Below, in pieces: positions 55,380 through 64,000 of a DNA stretch of 64,000 nucleotides. A program made the translations under genes and the position numbers. Under the pieces are notes generated by a model that saw only the letters and a program-made list of their open reading frames with translations, did no database searches and was not told the DNA's origin. Positions within the stretch are counted from its first letter, which is position 1. Each line of letters opens with the position of its first letter. The DNA is taken from the NCBI GenBank assembly GCA_037447605.1, contig CM074814.1, positions 1,178,001-1,242,000 on the forward strand, written 5' to 3'. The DNA comes from Zygnema circumcarinatum SAG 698-1b. Its lineage: Eukaryota > Plantae > Zygnematophyceae.

Positions 55380-56957
55380 CTACTCCGAGCCATCAGGGAA
55401 GGGATTTAGGGCTGCTTTGTTGCCATGGACATAATAATCCACAATTGCGAGCATACGCTGATACTTATCAGGATGGTAGTTCACATGAATGGTCACTGGA
55501 ACATGGTTGGCGAAGCGACCATCTTTACGCACCTGCTTAAACAGCACCTTACTGTTCATAAAGTCATAGTAGTCCAATACCCGCCGCGAAGCATGGAGGC
55601 CAGAATAGCCGGGGTGAGAGGGGAAAAATAGTTCCTCGTTGAAAACAGCTTGGTCCCACGAATTCTCCTTTGCAAGCCGTGCAGTCACGCGGTCCAACAG
55701 CTCAATCGATGGAAACGTTGGACGGATGTAGAAGAGCCCCGAGTTGAAGACAAACACCCGCATGGTATGGGCATACCGAGCCCATCCCATGGAAGGATCG
55801 TCCGTCACATCATCATATCCATATGCCGTGTAGTTGTCGAAACCATCGGTCATGGACTCCACATCACAGTCGCGATACAAGTAGTGGAAGGGATTCTTCA
55901 AGTACACAATGTCGACATCCGACAGGAGGACAGCATAACCTAAAACAAGAAACTCGCGCAAAAGATGGAATTTCGAGCCTGAAATGGCGTGATTGTCCCC
56001 TGTATTCTTCTGCGCAGCTGAAATCGCGGCATTGCGGCGGTAAACAGGGACGTCATGCTGTCTGCAAAACTCGGCGATTTCATCGTCCAGTGCAACAACC
56101 ATGAAGTTGGTAACGCCTGTTCGTTTGACCCCCTCGAACCATGTCTGCAGCATTCCTCGTATGTAGTTATTTGAAACTGCAACGATTAACTCTCTGTTGA
56201 CAGCCACCTTTTCGAGAAGCTCGGCCAATTGTGGATTGATGCTCGGGTCTGGCGTTACGACAGGATTTGTCCTCTGGCTCTTCACAGTTCCGGGAGGCCC
56301 TGCCTTACCCGGAGTGCTTAAAATGAGGCCAGCCTCTGCCTTCGTACTGAGAGTGCTTCTAACTCGCGCAAGCTCCGTTTTAAGACCTTCGTTCTCTCGT
56401 GCAAGTTGCTCCCTGTCCTCCTTCAGCCTTTCTAGGGTACCGTCCTCTACCTGCATTCTCAACCCAGAGTAAAGCATTATCGAAACTACTATTGCACGTC
56501 CAAGTCGTCCACAATGAATCAAGGAATTCATGGCAAAAAAAAGAGTCCGAATGGCTCAGCGGGAATCTTTTCAGAATAGTCACATTTCATCGGGCCCCTA
56601 TCATTCAGCCGCAAGATCTATGCATCCAGAACAGAGATGTAACGGTAACAATGGCTCGTCCACCCAGCATGGGCGATATTGCAAGAGAGGAAAAACATAA
56701 GCAGGACTCTTCTTCCTCTCTCAAACCATCAAAACCTAACTGTTCAACAAAAAAATAAATGAACGCATTCTGATTAGAGGTAGATGCGTTTTGCTATGGA
56801 AGCCACATACCCCACTCAAAGAGCCTCCCCTCGCCGCAATTTCCTCCCTGTTCAGCTGCAGCAGGGCCATCACCACTCCGCATGCCACTCCGAAAGTGAC
56901 CGCCAAACAGATCTTTCGATCCGTCAGCCCCCTCCCTGCGTCCCGCTTGGCCATCAT
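55380..56957 (-). CDS. RRA: GT77 extensin arabinosyltransferase RRA-like; exons 56811-56957 and 55380-56450
   Basis: N-terminal TM anchor, coiled coil, [23 protein letters not shown] (DxD), [41 protein letters not shown]. Confidence 0.93.
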
Positions 56958-57329
56958 GCTGCTCACCAAACCCTAAAAATTCCTCACAAAACTACAAGAA
57001 TCTTGCCGGCTGGCCGACCCCTTGCGCCCGGCAATGGCGCCCGGGCAAGCGCAGCCCTGCGCTGGCCTGGACGGAGTGAGGGAGAGGGAGGGAGAGGGAG
57101 GGACGGTGAGAGGGAGCGAGGCGGCGGGAAGCGGTTGCAGCAGACTGGAACGGATCACGCAACGGCGAAAGGACACCATGTGCTCCAGTTTTGTTGTTAT
57201 TAGTCAAACTAAATCCATGTGAAAACATTTCCAACAGTTTCTGACGTGGAACAGCCTTGAAAGTGCGCTGTGACATGTCTTTCGACTGAAACCCGCTGCA
57301 CAAGGAACTAGTAAACGCGTGCGAGTACC

Positions 57330-57793
57330 TCATATCGTCCATATCGTCAGTATCACCAGTACTGCATATTGTATATGTATCCATATCGGCCACATCGATC
57401 ATATCGTTCATATCCGTCATATCGAACATATCGATAATATCTTTCGTATCGTTCATATCGGTCATCTTGAACATATCGACCATATCGTTCATATCGTCAG
57501 TATCGGTCGCATCGGTCATATCATTCATATCGATCATATCGATTATATCGGTCTTGTCGGTCATATCGATAATATCGTACATATCGATCATATCGAATAT
57601 ATTCGTCGTATCGGTCATATCGGACATATCCGTCGTATCGGTCATATTGATAATATCGTTAATATCGTTCATATCGTTCATATCGTTCATATCGGACATA
57701 TCGGTCATATTGGCCATATTGGTCATATTGGTCATATCGGTCATATCCGTCATATTACTCATATCGGCCATATCGGCCATATCGGCCATATCG
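57330..57793. repeat. 9-bp minisatellite (CATATCGNN)n, roughly 50 units
   Basis: catatcgtc catatcggc catatcgtt catatcggt catatcgat ... read directly. Confidence 0.95.
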
Positions 57794-58103
57794 GTGCAAG
57801 GTGAGCCATTCTGAGAGGGGAGGGGAGGGAAGGGGAGGGCCAAAATGACTCAATGGGCGCTCCATTGTGACCCTATATACAACCCGTCACTATAGCCGAG
57901 GCCCCGCACCTTATGCAATGGCGCATAGAGAAGCGTAACAAGCCTAAAAATTAAAAGAGACGCAGCTTGAAAACAGCAACTTTTTGCTGTCCTGGCTTCG
58001 CCAGTGAGCTGAAATCTCGCAAACAAAGTTATTCTAAGTCCTCCTACTACTCAAGCCGCCTGCTTGGCAGACCCCACATCCTGTCCTATATGAGGGGCCC
58101 TCC

Positions 58104-60053
58104 TCACAGGAAGAAGAGCGGCGCCACTAGGGCTGCAAGGGCCGCCGGGCGGTTGAACTCCTCCAGGGCCGACCGGAGGGAGTTTCTCCCCTCCAGGATG
58201 GCTCCGAACGGAACTAGCGAGGTCGTCTCATAGAACTCCGCCGGCAGGACGGAGCGCAGCCGCGAGTCTTGGTGCGAGCAGCCGATGAACCAGAACAGGG
58301 GGAAGCCTGCCCAGTAGATGACGTCACCTGCAGCATGGATGACGGCAGCATGCGGCGGCACATGTGTGAGGATGGGGTTCAGGTCAGTTTCAGGAAGCCA
58401 ATTTGGTTCGCAGAAGGCATTCTCTGCTGCATGAGTTCAGAGAGGGGAGTTTGCAGAAGTTGAAGGAGGGGAATTGCTTGCCTGCATGGCCGCGAGTGAG
58501 CATATTCCCGAGGCCGAGAAGAGCAAAAGATGTGAACATTGGGTGACGAGTGATGCGCTCGATGCCCTTCACTTCCACAGCTTTCTGCATCACATCACAT
58601 GCAACATCACTATCTGCAGCCGTTGACATAACTGGAGCAAACATCACAAAGCAAACGCGCCTGCCTCTACCTCCCTCTAAAGCTCAAAGCTGCTGACCTA
58701 TGCATCCTTATCTCTTCTCACTGAAGGAGGGCATGCTGCAACCATGTAGTCTTTGGAGGGAAAACCTGCAAGTTTGAAGGGTCCATTGTTCCCGCCACCG
58801 TGTTTGGGGTTGAAATGGATTGGCTCAGAGTGACAGCTCCGGCTGCCTTGAACCCCAAGCCTAAAGTCTTGGCAGCTCTCGTCTGTGAGAAGTTCGTCCA
58901 TATAGGAATAACACCTTTTCCAGCAGCGGACCTGCATAGAGGGTGAGAGGGGTGAGATGAAGAGAGAAGAGCGAAGACCGCAATGTAATGAAATTTGTCA
59001 ATAAATATCATCAAGAGATGACCAACCAACAAGATGTTGACTACATTGTGAGGCACACGCTCAAAAGTTTGAGGCTCTCTCCCTCTCCCCCTCCCCTACC
59101 TGCACCTCCCCCTCCCTTCCCCCTGCCCCTCCCCCCACTCCCTCTCTCTCTCTCACACACACACTCCCCCACCCTGCACCCATTATTTGGGCCTGAAGAA
59201 ATTAGCATAAGTCGGACCACATACATCAAAAAAGGCGTTCAACGAAAGGCATACATTGTGCCTACTTCCCTATCATTCCCTTCACATATCAATACCTTAC
59301 AAAAAAATAAAGGGAGCAGGACTGAAGGGGGCATCTTTGAATCCATTGACGATAAACCAGTTTTAATCCCAAAAAAAAAAAAAAATGCCAACTCCAAAAA
59401 ATATTATCGCGGAAAAGGGCAAAGTATTTGCGCTTAAAAAAAAAAATACTTCAAGGATCAAGCAAGCTAAGCTCTGCCTATAATCTCTAAAAAACCACTT
59501 TAACGTGCAGACTACCAAGCAATAAATCACTTCAAAACTCTTCGGCCTCCTCCCATGCGTCAAAATGCTTTCACTCCCCTCCTCCCCATCCAACTCCGTC
59601 TGCATTTCTAGAGTTTGTACAATTTTTCCACCCCTACATTCCATATCCCTGCATTTCCGCTCCAAATCACTCCCATCCCTTCAAAGCAGCCTGCATGAAC
59701 TCCCAAAAGCGAGCACTCCGTATTTCTGGCCGCACCTCGCATATATGAGCGTGGTCGGAATAAAGGTCGCGAAGGAGACGAGCGAGTACGCCCCTTTGAA
59801 CGGCCCCTCGCCCATCCGCGCGATCGCCTCCTCCCGCACGGGAGGGTGCGACAGCGCCAAGTGCGTCCCCGCGAACAGGCTCCACCCGAGCGCCACGCCG
59901 CGCATGGCGGAGCCGCTGCTCTTCGCCATGGCCGACGCTTCCTGCAGAGAGGGAGAGGGAGAGGGAGAAGAGGGAGAGGGAGGTAGAGGGGGAGGTGAAG
60001 GGAGCGGAGGCCGCAGCGAGGCCGACGGGGGCGCTCGCCTGAGAGCGTTCCAT
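58104..60053 (-). CDS. NnrU-family integral membrane protein without an obvious transit peptide
   Basis: LFAGTHLALSHPPVRE..IARMGE..FKGAYSLVS, GIERITRHPM, GCSHQDSR, TSLVPFGAILEGRN. Start is either 60053 (MERSQ micro-exon, GC donor) or ~59930. Confidence 0.85.
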
Positions 60054-60343
60054 GCGCGCTGTTGGCAGAAGCGTGCTGCTGAACGCCGAACTGGACGCGC
60101 GGATACGGTGACAGCGACCCTATCGTCCTGCTCAGGTCCAACCGTTGGATCAACCATTGGAATGATGGTGACTGGCGAGCCAAGCAACCATTGCTAATGG
60201 TTGCAACCGTTGATGCCAACCATTGGAATGGTTGGCCCCCTTCGTTACGTCCATCTCCTTCGCGCTCTCTCACTCCCTCGTCTCTCTCACACGTCACCTC
60301 CTTATCGGCCTGTTCCGCCCGTGTCTTGAGTCCAGAAATCATG

Positions 60344-60890
60344 AAAAACCCACTCTTTTTGGTAGTTCTTACTTCAAAGAATTCAAAGAAAGGACAGAAA
60401 GAGCCGAGCATTACCTCTAGCACGTCTCACCAAAAGAGCTTTGTTAATTCTGCAACCTTCCGATGCAATTTTGACTGTTTTTGGCCCATTTCAAAATAGG
60501 AAATAGAAAGATTGAAGAACTGAAGTTGACCACTTTTCCTCGTTCTGCCGGTCCTTCAAGCACAGCGAGTGCGAGTGTATATCTTACATGGTGCGAGTTG
60601 AAGATATGAAGCAACTCGTTCTATAAAAGAAATTTGTTCACTAGGCAAAGGCCTTATATGCAACCATGGTTGAAGGACCGGCAAAACAAGCAAGCAAAAG
60701 TGGTAAACTTAAATTCTTTAATCTTTTTATGTCTTGTTTTGAAATGGGTTGAAAACAATTAAAAATTGCATCGGGACGTTGCAGATCTAACACGAGAATT
60801 TTTGGTGAGATGTGCATGAGAGAATGCTCGACTCTTTCTGTCCTTTCTTTGAATTCTTTGAAGTAAGAACCACTAAAAAGAGTGGGTTTT
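60344..60890. mobile_element. Fold-back element: ~215-bp inverted arms around a ~110-bp spacer
   Basis: aaaaacccactcttttt...ttcttacttcaaagaattcaaagaaaggacagaaagag...tgccggtccttcaa pairs with ttgaaggaccggca...ctctttctgtcctttctttgaattctttgaagtaagaac...aaaaagagtgggttttt; no TSD seen. Confidence 0.8.
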
Positions 60891-62480
60891 TTTTCCCCTT
60901 TTCTTTTTGCAGAAGAAGGAAGGAAGAATATTCAGGGTAAAAAGGTGAATTATCACTTCTATCCTTTATCTTCGTTCTTCTTGAAGGTTTTTCATTCGCT
61001 GTTTATGTCTAGATGCTTATTTTATGGCCACCTCCAGCTTTTCAACCCAATTTTATGCCTCTGCAGGTGTTTCCATGTCGTCGACAGATGCCCTGAGTCC
61101 AACGCAATCTGAAAGGTGCTTTTCAATCATTTGTTTCGCCCCTGCACTGCTCGCTGAAACATGCGAGAAAGCTTTCTTTACTCCTCTTCAGGGCAGGACA
61201 TGTGCCGCCCCTTGACACGATGCCCAGAACTTGTTACAGTCGTTGAAAAATATTATGAAAGTTTGAATCTGCATGCGCAGCGAGGATTGAAACGGACTCT
61301 CGTTGGATCTCAGGATGAATATGTGGTGGCTGGAATTCCGGGGAGTGAGAAACTTGTGCGGATAGCAACTTACCTGCTCTCTCTCATGCAGGTACGGGGA
61401 GATGTTTGTGCTGAAAAACGAATGATGCTCTTATCTTTGTGCCAATGTTCAGTTATGAGCAAGTCAAAAGCCTCAAGTTCTGTGTTCAGTAAGGTTGTTG
61501 TTGTGTGGAACTAGACCCCCTCTCTCTCTGTAACCTTCTCTAGTCCTCTCCCCTCCCCATATTTTTCCTCCCTCCCTCACATCAGCATTTTCCTTATCCA
61601 GCACTGGCATGGGGTTTTTTTTTTTTTGTTTCCAGATGAGCCCTCTGGCGTCTTCAGTCCCTCTCGCAGTGACTCTAATGGCGCAGAATCAAAAGCTATG
61701 ACTGAAATAGAAAGGAGAGTAATTTCATCGTGCACAGCTGTTGCCGAAATACTTCAGATTGAAATACAAGGAGCAACTGAGCACACATCGATGGAGCACT
61801 TTTTGGCCTGCATACTTTTGCGTCGTCTATTACCGACAGCAACAGTGATACTTGTAAAGTGAAATGTTGCATACGGCCAAGCTCTGGGAGGGGAGGAGAC
61901 TCCGCAGCGGCCTGCGGATCTCTCGGTCTCTCGTAGGATCTCAAGAGGGAGAGAGGAGGGAGGGGGGAGGGGGGAGGGGGGAGAGGGGGGAGAGAGGGAG
62001 GGGGGTGGGTGAGGGGGTGGAGGGGGGAGGGAGGAGGGGGAGGGGCAAGGGGGAGGGGGACAAGGAAAGTGAAATTGACTCCTTGCACTTCGTGAGGGTG
62101 CTCCGAAGTAGCACAGTGTGGCTGACATATGCTGCTATTACAAGTGGTACGTGGGGTGCGCGGTTTTCCGAGGCAAAGAATCCAACCGATGGCATGACAC
62201 GGTACTCATCACATTATATCTCATTCCACGCGATGTTGAAGGTGGAACATTTGTATGATTCAGGCTTTAATTAATATGAATTCTCAGCATAATATATTGC
62301 CTCCCGGGCGTGTTTCACTGGTCCAAATTGGGAGTTAACGGAAGCGATCATGAGAGCCTGTCATCTCTCTCTCAGGCCTCTATTAACGATCTAAGGATCG
62401 TAGTAAATCAAAATAACTTCTTGCATTTTACAAACAGAAATGCTTTTTCTCTATCGTTCCATTTCTTGCATCCTCCACAT

Positions 62481-63821
62481 CTAAGTCCCCTTGGCGACCT
62501 TAATAAATACGTCTTCCAAGGTGGTGCTGGTGACGCCCCACGCCAGAATGTCAAGGCTTCCCTTCGCTCGTTCCACAGCAGCGAACACGTCAGCCACATC
62601 CACCTGCACATGATGCGAAGCACCAACATCAGTTTACTCGAACCTCCCTCCCTTTCCCATCTTGAAGGAAAAACCTTAACTCTAACCCTAACCATGTTTT
62701 GAAAAACCTTTTCAAACGTTGGAAGAGTCAGCTGACCTCGGTGGTCGGCAGTTCAAACTTCTGTGTGCCTGCAAGATGATACATTTTGCGTGCATTTTGA
62801 GAAATCGACAAAACCAAGCTCTCCGCCTTCTGTTCATCTTCTTGCGAGGTGGTAATCGTAAAAACAAACGACTCTCCATAACGTGATGTCAGCTCCTGCA
62901 TCCATGGCCCGACCCCTTCAGCAAGGCGCTTTATCGTTCTCAAGAGGAGCACGGCGCTTCCAATACAAATCACGGAATAGAACATTCCGCGTTTACACTA
63001 TGTCTTTACCTTGGGGTTCCCGATACATTCGAACTTTCCGCCTACAAAAATTCCCAGGCGGTCACAGAGAGCCTCCGCTTCTTCCATGGAATGCGCTGCA
63101 CCCCCAAAATACAGTTCAGCAGCTCTATCAACGTCTTGTACCTCGCAAGGAAGGAAGAGAGACGGGAGGGAGAGCAGCAGAGTTTCTTAAAATGCAAATT
63201 GGGTTTTCAAGGCACGTCATTCGACACTCACTGGTCAGGACAATCGCACGATCACGTTTTGCTTTCTTCACAGCAGTCCATAGAGCTTTTCGTGAAGCAG
63301 GGTCTAGCCCTGTGCTTGGTTCGTCCATGTAAACAACCTGTAACCGTCATACGGCAATATGCAAGTGTTCAGTGTTTCAAATTGTGAAAACAAATGTTCA
63401 AGTCGTTAAGTCATGAGTCTTCGATTTAGTAGGATTAGGGTTACCTCACTCACCAGTGGATTACCGACAAGGGATATTGCCACAGAAAGTCGGCGTTTCA
63501 TTCCTCCACTGTACTTTCCTGCGACCTTATTTCCAACTCCGCCTGCCCACAGATTTACACTCTTCAAAGACTCCTCCACTGCCTGCAAACACATCCACCA
63601 CCAAGGAGGAGGTGAGCTGCAGAATAAGGAACTTAAGGCCTACACTTGCATAAGGCTGGGCTTGCATTCTCCCTCCCCGTGTCCGTGTGTGTATGCGAGA
63701 GAGAGGGTGAGAGAGAGAGAAAGAGATCCTGGGTACCTGGAAAAGAGCAGGCCCTTTCAGATTCTTCAGACGACCGTAGAAGAGAAGGTGCTCTCGCCCT
63801 GTGAGTTGATCCCAAAGCAGA
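62481..63821 (-). CDS. ABC transporter A-family member, 3' exons only (gene continues beyond the window)
   Basis: [56 protein letters not shown]|[33 protein letters not shown]. Confidence 0.93.
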
Positions 63822-64000
63822 CTGTCTCCACCCACATCACAGGCAGGCACACATAATATTTAGAATCAGTACAGCTGCGCAGGTGCGGCAGAAATAGCTG
63901 CAGTCCCTCGCCAGCACTCCCTGAAGAACAGTCCACAGAGACAGAAGACACAACGAGACAGAGACAGAGAGAGCGAGAGAGAGAGAGAGAGAGAGAGAGA

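Noticed and set aside
57330-57793. CRISPR-like array
   Set aside because: 9-bp units without unique spacers, no cas genes, eukaryotic context.
62671-62693. Degenerate (TAACCC)n here and at ~3712, ~21420, ~23380, ~51275 as interstitial telomeres
   Set aside because: Only one to three imperfect units each; consistent with ordinary telo-boxes.

Overview
Eukaryotic, intron-rich nuclear DNA from a green plant lineage. It is most likely a streptophyte alga or early land plant, inferred from NdhT-, HSFA1-, RRA- and ABCA-type genes and telo-box/GA-rich promoters. Two gene-dense blocks flank a ~19-kb nested transposon island. Left block (1-24.3 kb): 3-isopropylmalate dehydrogenase, acetylornithine aminotransferase, MRE11, NAD-IDH, HSFA1-like, CWC15. 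Right block (45-64 kb): RSM22/METTL17, NdhT-like J-protein, RRA arabinosyltransferase, NnrU-family protein, 3' part of an ABCA transporter. The island (~24.7-43.4 kb) holds an inverted duplicate of the CWC15 promoter plus exon 1 and a truncated Ty3/Gypsy element. It also holds a very young Ty1/Copia element (518-bp near-identical LTRs, TGTAA TSD, with its empty target site duplicated ~5 kb downstream), a decayed pogo-like transposase, MITEs and pseudogene fragments. The most unusual leads are: (i) an extra, apparently catalytically dead Dam/N6-adenine-MTase-like domain between Gypsy gag and protease, behind a leader of ~9 back-to-back hairpins with a tRNA-like A/B box; (ii) the CWC15 inverted promoter/exon duplication pointing into that retroelement; (iii) an NdhT protein carrying an NdhU-type motif; (iv) a non-Z-ISO NnrU protein; (v) a 9-bp minisatellite with a fixed 7-bp core. 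All homology calls come from motif recognition by eye; no searches were run. Four N gaps (25828-37, 27243-52, 28122-73, 44567-666) limit conclusions in the island.
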